Below, piece by piece: positions 11,918-23,823 of a stretch of DNA of 60,925 nucleotides (its first letter is position 1; every line of letters begins with the position of its first letter). The translations under genes were made by a program, and so were the position numbers. This stretch comes from Nemertoderma westbladi (Eukaryota; Animalia; Xenacoelomorpha). The notes below the pieces were generated by a model. The model was given only the letters and a program-made list of their open reading frames with translations, did no database searches and was not told where the DNA came from. The stretch lies in NCBI GenBank assembly GCA_032718475.1, contig JAUCBJ010001581.1, positions 1 to 60,925 on the forward strand, given 5' to 3'.

Positions 11918-12381
11918 TTATCTCTTTTCAATCTTTCTTCTCAACCAACATGCTAGTACTTTTTCATTATGTAATAACTCACTACTAAATATTTGTAATG
12001 GGTTATTATTTTTTGGGCGCTCACATAAATGAAATATACAATATCCACCACAACTTGTACGAAAAGGATGCTGAATTATTTGGCGCATATTATTTCCCAC
12101 ATGATTGTATTATGAACCAACCAATCTTCAATTCTTGGAGTTGGATATTGGGCAAATGAATCAAAATATTCACCTTTTCCATCACATACATATATAGCTA
12201 CCCAATGAGTTCCAGGCAAGTGGCTTAGTTGAATATTGCTAATGAAGCTCATCTCTCTAGAATCTAACTGAGGAAGCTTGTCCACTGGGAAAGAACCTCT
12301 AAAATGATTACCAACAGGAAATTCATTTAAATCATATGAGTTCAACATTTCTTCTATTTTAAAAGATATATACATTACCAT
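11918..12381 (-). pseudogene. Adenain-like (C5) cysteine protease of the Maverick, frameshifted
   Basis: GTHWVAIY...EYFDSFA (catalytic His and Asp) in ORF 12076-12381, and QIIQHPFRTSCGGYCIFHL (Gln and catalytic Cys) in the shifted frame 11918-12100. Confidence 0.9.
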
Positions 12382-13599
12382 CTTTACCTATATTGAGACT
12401 CTTATCATACCCTATCCATAGAATAATGTTTATTGTTGCTGGTAGTGCATTAGCAAATTGCAACTCTAATCTTGCATTGCCAACATGTCTAGGTAAGAAA
12501 TCATCACTATCTAAGTAACCATCTGGAGCAAGGTTCCAAATAAATAAAGGATACATATCACAGAAGCTGGTTGGGGTAATTGCATTACTAGTACCTCGAA
12601 TAATTGAAGTAAGGTTATTCTGACTAGCGAAATATTCATTTATATATTGATTGGCAGCAAAATTTGGTTTATAAGTAACACCACTAAGAACCTTTCCATC
12701 TAATGTTATTTGTAAAAAAATAACATCAAAATGCTGAAGTGCCATTGAATTACGTGAATATATACCATTATAATGCATCATTACGAATCATTCCCAAAAT
12801 AATAAATCTGGGAGTATTGTTACCAGCAAATACGTTTTTGTGTACATGTGATCTTTGACCATTCCAACAGTAAACCTCATTCTGTATAAATGGGTATATA
12901 AAATCTTCCCTCTGGAGAAGACCGATATGTTCTTTCATTAAACTAGCTTCTATTTTTATTTGTTTTGTTTTTAAGACAGCTTTTGTGATATTTACTCTGC
13001 CTCCTTCAATATTATCCCCACAAGTTAAACTAAAATTATCACGTGCTCTTGTTAAAGTAATTCTAACAGTTGTTCTTGGCGGTAATACTTTTATTTGATC
13101 AAAAATATAAATGAATATCAAACCTTGTACCTGATATTGTGAGCTTTTCAAGGCTGCAGCATTTTCAAAAACACTAGAACTCCATTGGCTGTTTGTTCTT
13201 CCTATCCAGCTGCCGTGAGAATTGTATCTTTTGTATTTCTATCATTAACTAAAACAGCCTTTAAAAATGCTTTGTAAGCATAGTTTGAGGTATTTGGTTC
13301 AACCTGAAGCTCATTAATCAACACATTAATATTAGAGAATAACGTTGATAAGGTTAATGGCGTAATTGAAACCATACCATTATTTGGTCGGACTGTGGTT
13401 GCTACTTCATAGACTAATTGTAGAGTTTTATCACCTCCTACAATCTAATATTCATCTGATTTTCAATTACAAAATCTATTACACTAGTCCCCATTCCCAG
13501 AGTTGTTATTGGATATACTTCATGTTCAAAACTTTCATTAATAATACTTTGGGTAGTAAAGTTGCTGAATAAATTTAATTCATCAATTGTTTCACTCAT
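12359..13599 (-). pseudogene. Polinton-type double jelly-roll major capsid protein, several frameshifts
   Basis: Read from the ATG at 13599: MSETIDELNLFSNFTTQSII...YPITTL, then LSTLFSNINVLIN...NYAYKAFL, LPPRTTVRITLTRA, PRFIILGM and YPLFIWNLAPD...GNARLELQFANALPATINII. These are typical Polinton MCP segments. Confidence 0.88.
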
Positions 13600-13618
13600 T
13601 TTCTATATTTTGAAAGAA

Positions 13619-14164
13619 TTAGCCAAAAATATCATCACAATTGTGTCTTTGACCTTTCATAAGCCTTTTCCTTTGATATTTAGTAATCTTTTTCTTTTTC
13701 CTTTTTTGTGGCTCGTTTATTGATGATGCATTTGCATTAAGAACTTCACAAACTATTTTATTTACTACACATTTAGTTGATGGTTTGGTTCTTTTAGCAA
13801 TTTGTTGTAATGTGTGATTAATTAATTTTTTACTCAATTTTTTTAGTAATGGTACTCCTTTACGAAGAGCCGCTCTTGCAACAGGTTTAGCAATTTTTGG
13901 AATAACCTGTGCTGCAATTTTCGCAATATTTCCAAATAAGCCACGACCACGTTGACCATATCTAGCGTATATGGTTCGTGTGTTCAAACGTCGATTTCGT
14001 AGACCACCCCTAAAATAAGGTATAATAATTCCACTATTATTCCCATGCCCTCTACCATCTTGTATAGTACGTATTGGATTTTGGTATAGTGAGATTTTAC
14101 CTATTGATATTCTTCTTCTACCAAAATAATCACTTGGGTCTGGATATGAACCACCCTTTGACAT
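13619..14164 (-). CDS. Basic Maverick core/virion protein (181 aa, intact)
   Basis: K/R-rich, with GxG motifs (QDGRG, FRGG, YGQRGRG|LFG) followed by an amphipathic helix, and a C-terminal DIFG. It lies between mCP and MCP, as is usual in Polintons. Confidence 0.7.
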   Translation of the reverse strand: MSKGGSYPDPSDYFGRRRISIGKISLYQNPIRTIQDGRGHGNNSGIIIPYFRGGLRNRRLNTRTIYARYGQRGRGLFGNIAKIAAQVIPKIAKPVARAALRKGVPLLKKLSKKLINHTLQQIAKRTKPSTKCVVNKIVCEVLNANASSINEPQKRKKKKITKYQRKRLMKGQRHNCDDIFG

Positions 14165-14217
14165 AATTTTGGTTGAAAATATATCAATTAATAAATATAT
14201 ATAGTTTTAGTCAATGT

Positions 14218-14915
14218 TTATTGATGCTTTAATAATAAAGTAACAACTACAGTCCCTGAATTAAGTTCAATCAAATCTCCTTCATCATCTTTTAACTTAA
14301 TGTTTATTATTTCCATGTTTTGCATATCAACAGGTATATAATTAATATTATTGAATTCACAGTGAACCAATGATCCATAATCACCTTCATATGAAATTGT
14401 TCTTAATAATGGTTTCAATTGATTTCCTACTATAGCATTAGCACTTATATTGGAATAAATATTAATATTACCACCAAAGAAGTCAAGCTTTTTGAATGAA
14501 AAAGGTATCATCAATATGTAACAGAAAACGATTTATTTGTAAATATCCTTTATATTTAATAACTTGGAAACGATTTTTGTTAAAGTAATTTTATCCTTCT
14601 AACCCTAACAAACTTAACATTCGAATCAGCTTCTCACTATGAATGTGTATACGTTTGGTTTTTTTCAAAAAGAGAAGCGAAATAGTATTATATAATGCAT
14701 TAAATCGAAATTGTACTCTTATAATAAGACCGGTTGCATTCAATTGATTAATCAAGGTTTCAATATTGTCATAGCAACCAGCAGGTAAAATATGTTTCTT
14801 TATTTTACCTCGAACACCTTGTGTAGTAATTAGAGTATCATTGATATTATACATTGATGCCAAATAAGTGATTTCAGATATTCCTACCATCCACATCCCA
14901 CTCAGTCATAATGGT
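14218..14915 (-). pseudogene. Minor capsid (penton) protein copy 2, 5'-truncated and frameshifted
   Basis: LSGMWMVGISEITYLASMYNI...ILPAGCYDNIETLI, then INIYSNISANAIVGNQLKPLLRTI...FNNINYIPV...INIKLKDDEGDLIELNSGTVVVTLLL. Confidence 0.85.
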
Positions 14916-15520
14916 TGTTAGTAATGTACGTAATAATGGTGCCGTTGTATTGTCAATAATTGTATGAGCTGTTATATCGCTATATATGAATAAACTTTGT
15001 CTTCCTCTCACCAATCAGGAAAAGGGCTAATTTCAGAAAAATATTTACGTTGATTAGGTTTTTGTTTCAGTGATAAGTTAATATCAATTCCACTCAACCT
15101 CAATATTATCTTTCAAAAAACCCTCTAAGCCTAATATAGTTTTTAAATCTCCAGTTATTTCAAATGAAAAAAATCTTGAACAAGTTAGTTTGATTTTATT
15201 TAAAAATTTAATATACCTAATATTTATTGTTGTTTTAAGGTAAGCAGAGGCTTCAAATGTTTCATTAATTTTTTTAATGATTGCTTCCATGCTTGCATAT
15301 AATCTTGGAATAAATAAAGCAGCATTTCGAGGGCCATCTTTATAGTAGAAAATTAATTATAATAATTGCTCAATGTTATAATATGAAGAAGAATATTGAA
15401 TTTCAGATAAACCAACTTCTATATCTGATGATAAGGTATATGGAAGCTCTACTATAAATGAACTCAATGAATTATTGGGGAATCTTGATGTTGGACCATT
15501 AGAAACTAGTGTAATATAAC
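14916..15520 (-). pseudogene. Minor capsid (penton) protein copy 1, 3'-truncated and frameshifted
   Basis: Manual translation gives YITLVSNGPTSRFPNNSLSSFIVELPYTLSSDIEVGLSEIQYSSSYYNI (from ~15518), then ...GDLKTILGLEG... and QSLFIYSDITAHTIIDNTTAPLLRT (~14999-14925). Confidence 0.8.
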
Positions 15521-15542
15521 TATTAGATTATAACTATATACT

Positions 15543-15792
15543 GAAGCAGCAGCTTGGTCTAGTGGTGACATTACTGTGCTTCCGATTAGGGAGCCCGGGT
15601 TCGATCCCTAGATGGGGCAGCACTGTTTGGGCACAGTGCTTTAAATGCTGCAGCCTAGCCCAACCCCGGCTTTCATTAAATGGGAACCAAGGCAACTTGG
15701 GAAACAGAGTGGAAGGGTTTCCTGTGGAAGATCACCCATGTTGGTGAACAGGCATTCCTTGGCTTAACGAGCCTAAAAGATTCTCCCATTCA
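15543..15792 (+). mobile_element. tRNA-derived SINE, copy 1
   Basis: Pol III A box TGGTCTAGTGG and B box GGTTCGATCCC. 7-bp TSD ATATACT (15536-15542 and 15793-15799). Second copy at 46542. Confidence 0.88.
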
Positions 15793-15901
15793 ATATACTA
15801 TTCATTTTCATAAAATTTATTCATAATTATAATTATTGTAAATCGTTTATAACTGATAATTGTACATAATTTAAAATTCGACTTCATCAAAAAATTAAAA
15901 C

Positions 15902-16092
15902 TTATTTACGTAATTGGTTAGGGTCAATCCATTTATTTTGCTTATCACCTTTGAATCTGACTAAATATTGCTTCTTTTTGCTTTTTATACGCTCTTTGAT
16001 TGTCACTGCTTCACTAGTTGAAGTTCATCTTCATAGAAAGTGCCCTCAATATCTCTACCAACAGAATCTATTACATGGTACATTGGATAAGC
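15902..16092 (-). pseudogene. C-terminus of the Maverick retroviral-like integrase with a chromodomain
   Basis: YPMYHVIDSVGRDIEGTFYEDELQLVK, then after a frameshift KERIKSKKKQYLVRFKGDKQNKWID. The upstream part is replaced by the 40-bp array. Confidence 0.85.
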
Positions 16093-17339
16093 ACCCTCTG
16101 TGCGTTTAGTTTAGTGGCAACCTGTCCCTCTCACCCTCTCTGCGTTTATTTTAGTGGCAACCTGTCCCTCTCACCCTCTGTGCGTTTAGTTTAGTGGCAA
16201 CCCGTCCCTCTCACCTTCTGTGCGTTTAGTTTAGTGGCAACCTGTCCATGTCCCTCCCACCCTCTGTGTGTTTAGTTTAGTGGCAACCTGTCCCAGTCCC
16301 TCCCACCCTCTGTGTGTTTAGTTTAGTGGCAACCTGTCCCTCTCACCCTCTGTGCGTTTAGTTTAGTGGCAACCTGTCCCTCTCACCCTCTGTGCGTTTA
16401 GTTTAGTGGCAACCTGTCCCTCTCACCCTATGTGCGTTTAGTTTAGTGGCAACCTGTCCCTCTCACCCTCTGTGCGTTTAGTTTAGTGGCAACCTGTCCC
16501 TCTCACCCTCTGTGCGTTTAGTTTAGTGGCAACCTGTCCCTCCCACCCTCTGTGTGTTTAGTTTAGTGGCAACCTGTCCCTCTCACCCTCTGTGCGTTTA
16601 GTTTAGTGGCAACCTGTCCCTCTCACCCTCTGTGCGTTTAGTTTAGTGGCAACCTGTCCCTCCCACCCTCTGTGCGCTTAGTTTAGTGGCAACCTGTCCC
16701 TCTCACCCTCTGTGCGCTTAGTTTAGTGGCAACCTGTCCCTCCCACCATCTGTGCGTTTAGTCTAGTGGCAACCTGTCCCTCTCACCCTCTGTGCGTTTA
16801 GTTTAGTGGCAACCTGTCCCTCTCACCCTCTGTGCGTTTAGTTTAGTGGCAACCTGTCCCTCTCACCCTCTGTGCGTTTAGTTTAGTGGCAACCTGTCCC
16901 TCTCACCCTCTGTGCGTTTAGTTTAGTGGCAACCTGTCCCTCCCACCCTCTGTGCGTTTAGTTTAGTGGCAACCCGTCCCTCTCACCTTCTGTGCGTTTA
17001 GTTTAGTGGCAACCTGTCCCTCTCACCCTCTGTGCGTTTAGTTTAGTGGCAACCTGTCCCTCTCACCCTCTGTGCGTTTAGTTTAGTGGCAACCTGTCCC
17101 TCTCACCCTCTGTGCGTTTAGTTTAGTGGCAACCCGTCCCTCTCACCTTCTGTGCGTTTAGTTTAGTGGCAACCTGTCCCTGTCCCTCCCACCCTCTGTG
17201 CGTTTAGTTTAGTGGCAACCTGTCCCTCTCACCCTCTGTGCGTTTAGTTTAGTGGCAACCTGTCCCTCTCACCCTCTGTGCGTTTAGTTTAGTGGCAACC
17301 TGTCCCTCTCACCCTCTGTGCGCTTAGTTTAGTGGCAAC
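16092..17339. repeat. 40-bp minisatellite, ~31 copies
   Basis: Unit gtttagtggcaacctgtccctctcaccctctgtgcgttta. Confidence 0.97.
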
Positions 17340-17481
17340 GAGACCATGTTTATTGCGTGTTCGTTGGTTTTACCAAGGCTCTATCACCCGAAAGAATCTG
17401 CCTTAAAAGGGCGAGTCAAACCAACGCGGATGCGTCAAGAATTTTTAATAACAATTAAATTAATAAACGTGTCTGCGATGG

Positions 17482-20400
17482 ATGGTGATTAGATAAAGTA
17501 CTCTCAGACTCACAACAGTATAGAATTACCATTGCCAATGGTGATTAGATAAAGACTATCAGACTCATAACAGTATAGAATTACCATTGCCAATGGTGAT
17601 TAGATAAAGACTCTCAGACTCATAACAGTATAGAATTACCATTGCCAATGGTGATTAGATAAAGACTCTCAGACTCATAACAGTATAGAATTACCATTGC
17701 CAATGGTGATTAGATAAAGACTATCAGACTCATAACAGTATAGAATTACCATTGCCAATGGTGATTAGATAAAGACTCTCAGACTCATAACAGTATAGAA
17801 TTACCATTGCCAATGGTGATTAGATAAAGACTCTCAGACTCATAACAGTATAGAATTACCATTGCCAATGGTGATTAGATAAAGACTATCAGACTCATAA
17901 CAGTATAGAATTACCATTGCCAATGGTGATTAGATAAAGACTCTCAGACTCATAACAGTATAGAATTACCATTGCCAATGGTGATTAGATAAAGACTCTC
18001 AGACTCATAACAGTATAGAATTACCATTGCCAATGGTGATTAGATAAAGACTATCAGACTCATAACAGTATAGAATTACCATTGCCAATGGTGATTAGAT
18101 AAAGACTCTCAGACTCATAACAGTATAGAATTACCATTGCCAATGGTGATTAGATAAAGACTCTCAGACTCATAACAGTATAGAATTACCATTGCCAATG
18201 GTGATTAGATAAAGACTATCAGACTCATAACAGTATAGAATTACCATTGCCAATGGTGATTAGATAAAGACTCTCAGACTCATAACAGTATAGAATTACC
18301 ATTGCCAATGGTGATTAGATAAAGACTCTCAGACTCATAACAGTATAGAATTACCATTGCCAATGGTGATTAGATAAAGACTATCAGACTCATAACAGTA
18401 TAGAATTACCATTGCCAATGGTGATTAGATAAAGACTCTCAGACTCATAACAGTATAGAATTACCATTGCCAATGGTGATTAGATAAAGACTATCAGACT
18501 CATAACAGTATAGAATTACCATTGCCAATGGTGATTAGATAAAGACTCTCAGACTCATAACAGTATAGAATTACCATTGCCAATGGTGATTATATAAAGA
18601 CTCTCAGACTCATAACAGTATAGAATTACCATTGCCAATGGTGATTAGATAAAGACTATCAGACTCATAACAGTGAATTACCATTGCCAATGGTGATTAG
18701 ATAAAGACTCTCAGACTCATAACAGTATAGAATTACCATTGCCAATGGTGATTAGATAAAGACTCTCAGACTCATAACAGTATAGAATTACCATTGCCAA
18801 TGGTGATTAGATAAAGTACTCTCAGACTCATAACAGTATAGAATTACCATTGCCAATGGTGATTAGATAAAGACTCTCAAACTCATAACAGTATAGAATT
18901 ACCATTGCCAATGGTGATTAGATAAAGACTCTCAGACTCATAACAGTATAGAATTACCATTGCCAATGGTGATTAGATAAAGTACTCTCAGACTCATAAC
19001 AGTATAGAATTACCATTGCCAATGGTGATTAGATAAAGACTATCAGACTCATAACAGTATAGAATTACCATTGCCAATGGTGATTAGATAAAGTACTCTC
19101 AGACTCAAACAGTATAGAATTACCATTGCCAATGGTGATTAGATAAAGACTATCAGACTCATAACAGTATAGAATTACCATTGCCAATGGTGATTAGATA
19201 AAGACTCTCAGACTCATAACAGTATAGAATTACCATTGCCAATGGTGATTAGATAAAGACTCTCAGACTCATAACAGTATAGAATTACCATTGCCAATGG
19301 TGATTAGATAAAGACTCTCAGACTCATAACAGTATAGAATTACCATTGCCAATGGTGATTAGATAAAGACTCTCAGACTCATAACAGTATAGAATTACCA
19401 TTGCCAATGGTGATTAGATAAAGTACTCTCAGACTCAAACAGTATAGAATTACCATTGCCAATGGTGATTAGATAAAGACTATCAGACTCATAACAGTAT
19501 AGAATTACCATTGCCAATGGTGATTAGATAAAATACTCTCAGACTCAAACAGTATAGAATTACCATTGCCAATGGTGATTAGATAAAGACTATCAGACTC
19601 ATAACAGTATAGAATTACCATTGCCAATGGTGATTAGATAAAGTACTCTCAGACTCAAACAGTATAGAATTACCATTGCCAATGGTGATTAGATAAAGAC
19701 TATCAGACTCATAACAGTATAGAATTACCATTGCCAATGATGATTAGATAAAATACTCTCAGACTCAAACAGTATAGAATTACCATTGCCAATGGTGATT
19801 AGATAAAGACTATCAGACTCATAACAGTATAGAATTACCATTGCCAATGGTGATTAGATAAAGACTATCAGACTCATAACAGTATAGAATTACCATTGCC
19901 AATGGTGATTAGATAAAATACTCTCAGACTCAAACAGTATAGAATTACCATTGCCAATGGTGATTAGATAAAGACTATCAGACTCATAACAGTATAGAAT
20001 TACCATTGCCAATGGTGATTAGATAAAATACTCTCAGACTCAAACAGTATAGAATTACCATTGCCAATGGTGATTAGATAAAGACTATCAGACTCATAAC
20101 AGTATAGAATTACCATTGCCAATGGTGATTAGATAAAGACTCTCAGACTCATAACAGTATAGAATTACCATTGCCAATGGTGATTAGATAAAGTACTCTC
20201 AGACTCAAACAGTATAGAATTACCATTGCCAATGGTGATTAGATAAAGACTATCAGACTCATAACAGTATAGAATTACCATTGCCAATGGTGATTAGATA
20301 AAGACTATCAGACTCATAACAGTATAGAATTACCATTGCCAATGGTGATTAGATAAAATACTCTCAGACTCAAACAGTATAGAATTACCATTGCCAATGG

Positions 20401-21888
20401 TGATTAGATAAAGACTATCAGACTCATAACAGTATAGAATTACCATTGCCAATGGTGATTAGATAAAATACTCTCAGACTCAAACAGTATAGAATTACCA
20501 TTGCCAATGGTGATTAGATAAAGACTATCAGACTCATAACAGTATAGAATTACCATTGCCAATGGTGATTAGATAAAGACTCTCAGACTCATAACAGTAT
20601 AGAATTACCATTGCCAATGGTGATTAGATAAAGTACTCTCAGACTCAAACAGTATAGAATTACCATTGCCAATGGTGATTAGATAAAGTACTCTCAGACT
20701 CAAACAGTATAGAATTACCATTGCCAATGGTTATTAGATAAAGACTATCAGACTCATAACAGTATAGAATTACCATTGCCAATGGTGATTAGATAAAATA
20801 CTCTCAGACTCAAACAGTATAGAATTACCATTGCCAATGGTGATTAGATAAAGACTATCAGACTCATAACAGTATAGAATTACCATTGCCAATGGTGATT
20901 AGATAAAGACTCTCAGACTCATAACAGTATAGAATTACCATTGCCAATGGTGATTAGATAAAGACTCTCAGACTCATAACAGTATAGAATTACCATTGCC
21001 AATGGTGATTAGATAAAGACTCTCAGACTCATAACAGTATAGAATTACCATTGCCAATGGTGATTAGATAAAGACTCTCAGACTCATAACAGTATAGAAT
21101 TACCATTGCCAATGGTGATTAGATAAAGTACTCTCAGAGTCATAACAGTATAGAATTACCATTGCCAATGGTGATTAGATAAAGACTATCAGACTCATAA
21201 CAGTATAGAATTACCATTGCCAATGGTGATTAGATAAAGACTCTCAGACTCATAACAGTATAGAATTACCATTGCCAATGGTGATTAGATAAAGACTCTC
21301 AGACTCATAACAGTATAGAATTACCATTGCCAATGGTGATTAGATAAAGTACTCTCAGACTCAAACAGTATAGAATTACCATTGCCAATGGTGATTAGAT
21401 AAAGTACTCTCAGACTCAAACAGTATAGAATTACCATTGCCAATGGTGATTAGATAAAGACTATCAGACTCATAACAGTATAGAATTACCATTGCCAATG
21501 GTGATTAGATAAAGTACTCTCAGAGTCATAACAGTATAGAATTACCATTGCCAATGGTGATTAGATAAAGACTATCAGACTCATAACAGTATAGAATTAC
21601 CATTGCCAATGGTGATTAGATAAAGACTCTCAGACTCATAACAGTATAGAATTACCATTGCCAATGGTGATTAGATAAAGACTATCAGACTCATAACAGT
21701 ATAGAATTACCATTGCCAATGGTGATTAGATAAAGTACTCTCAGACTCATAACAGTATAGAATTACCATTGCCAATGGTGATTAGATAAAGTACTCTCAG
21801 ACTCATAACAGTATAGAATTACCATTGCCAATGGTGATTAGATAAAGACTCTCAGACTCATAACAGTATAGAATTACCATTGCCAATA
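17482..21888. repeat. 55-bp satellite, ~80 copies
   Basis: Unit atggtgattagataaagact(c/a)tcagactcataacagtatagaattaccattgcca, recurring at 17538, 17593 and onward. Confidence 0.98.
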
Positions 21889-22469
21889 GAGTTCTCTGCT
21901 TTCTATACGATAGACAAAATAGGTGCGAGATCTACAATTATTTTGGTATTTTATTTTAGTGGTGGTGGCAATTTATTAGAAATTTCTTTAAAAATATTAA
22001 TTTTATTCTTAAATTGTTACTTTTTAGCTCGAATATATTAATATATTTACCTCAAAATCAGGATAAAAGGGGTACTTTTTCCCTCGGTAAAAAGTAACAC
22101 AGGATTGCACTGATATTACTTTTTTCCTGGCACAAAAAGTAAATTAAAATATTTTTGGTGGAATTTATTAAATTTTATTACATGTGTTGAAAGAGCATCG
22201 AAGTAGAAAAGGTTTGCACGTAATTTGAGCAAAATCCATTCACACACTCAAAACGTTATTACAACTTTAGTGTCTGCAAGGCGAACTCCAAAACGGAACT
22301 CAATATCCAATATTGGTTTATGTAGTTAAGCGGCTCTCTAGTTACGTAATAAATATTCGAGAACATTCTAAATTATTTAACATTGAGTAAGGCAGCATCA
22401 GGAGTTGAAGAGTACAATAATTTGAATCGCAGTAACTATGGAAGCAATATAGTAAAATACTTACTATAC

Positions 22470-23005
22470 ACAGTTCAATTTATTTGACAATTTATTTTTT
22501 TATTAACACCAGATAGGTATATTTATGTATGAACTCTATACAAAAAGTACATATCTTACCCCAGAAATAAGAAACTTATTAACCTTAACCTCGACCGTTC
22601 ATAACCACGCAACCCGGTCGGTAGCCAGAGCCAACTACTACAGGGTTCCTTGGGTTCGACTGAACACCAGCCAGCACTCCCTGAGTTTTCAAGGCCCATC
22701 CATCTGGAATTCAATTCCAACTTCTTTCAAAAATAAAAAACTAAAATAACTTTCTCTAACTTAAAATAACTAACTTAAAAGCTCTTATATACATATGTAC
22801 CGATTGTAATAATAATATATTTTGTCTTAAATTGCCCTAACATTAGTAGCACCCCCCCCCCCCCCCCAATCCTCTCCCCTCACCAAGGGCAGCAGCACCT
22901 ACTAGCTACTATTGCTATTAGCTGCTGTCCTTTCCTGTATACCGGTATAGTTATTGTTTATATTAGAATATTACGTTAAAAGGAAGAATAAACTAATTGA
23001 ATTGA
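22470..23005 (+). mobile_element. 5'-truncated CR1/L2-group LINE relic (ORF2 C-terminus and 3' UTR)
   Basis: HNHATRS...RVPWVRLNTSQHSLSFQGPSIWNSIP is the typical post-RT C-terminus. The 3' UTR has the stem aagggcagcagc...gctgctgtcctt, then aataaa and an (attga)n tail. Confidence 0.75.
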
Positions 23006-23823
23006 AAATACCAAATTTCTATTTGAAAGTACCAATTTAAGAATATAATATTATATCGACCATTTATTTATCTCGCTGGCGGTCGGTAAATAAAATGCCT
23101 CGAGAATAGTGACAAAAAGTTCTACTTTTTTCCCATGTAATAAATAATTATATATTTAATGATTATTATGGCGTCTCTTGACGAATAAAATAAATAGGTA
23201 GCCGAAAATAATAATAACCAAGGATGACCCAATTGTCTCTGCCACATTGTCTCTATGCATCAACCTTCAATATATCATTTATTTAAATACAAAGGTCCGT
23301 CGGTGTAAAGCGATCGATCTATACGATGATCAGAAATTTCAAACTTACGATTATCGCAAGTGTTTAATGTATACAAGTAGGAGGGGGTCGAGAAACCATG
23401 GTTTCTAAAAAAATAATTTGGCATAGATGGGAATCTTAATAAATAATTTGGCCTATTTAATAAATTTATTAAATTAAATTACATTTACAACATCATTATT
23501 ACTAAATAACATTTAGCACACTTAAATCAGAGACGAACAATTTACCCTTCAAACATACACTCGATCAAAATACAACATTGCATAGCGTCACTTATATTTA
23601 TGAACTACGTGATGGTTTGTGTGATGATAAATAATCGTTAACAAATCCTTTATTTTACAGTTCAGTTATTGTATTTAGGTCTTTTCCTGGGAACTATTCT
23701 GTTATTTGAAGAAATGTTAGTTCACAATAATAAAAAATTAGGCAACTAATATAAACCAAATATAAACAATGGAAATGGAAGACAAACCCACTGAGTCTCA
23801 CACTATCAGCAGCCGATGAGACC

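Larger units (their letters stand above)
5150..16095 (-). mobile_element. Decayed, truncated Maverick/Polinton (adintovirus-like) endogenous element
   Basis: Co-oriented INT(C-term)-mCP-mCP-core-MCP-protease genes on the minus strand. Candidate terminus AGTAGTATAGAGAG at 5150, followed by subterminal tandem repeats. The gene content is firm; the left boundary is inferred. Confidence 0.85.

Noticed and set aside
15545-15620. tRNA gene (also at ~46545)
   Set aside because: A and B boxes are present but there is no convincing cloverleaf. The sequence continues into a shared ~180-bp body with a TSD, so it is a SINE head.
16092-21888. CRISPR-like arrays (40-bp and 55-bp periodicity, palindromic unit)
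   Set aside because: The units are repeated head-to-tail with no unique spacers, there are no cas genes and the context is eukaryotic.
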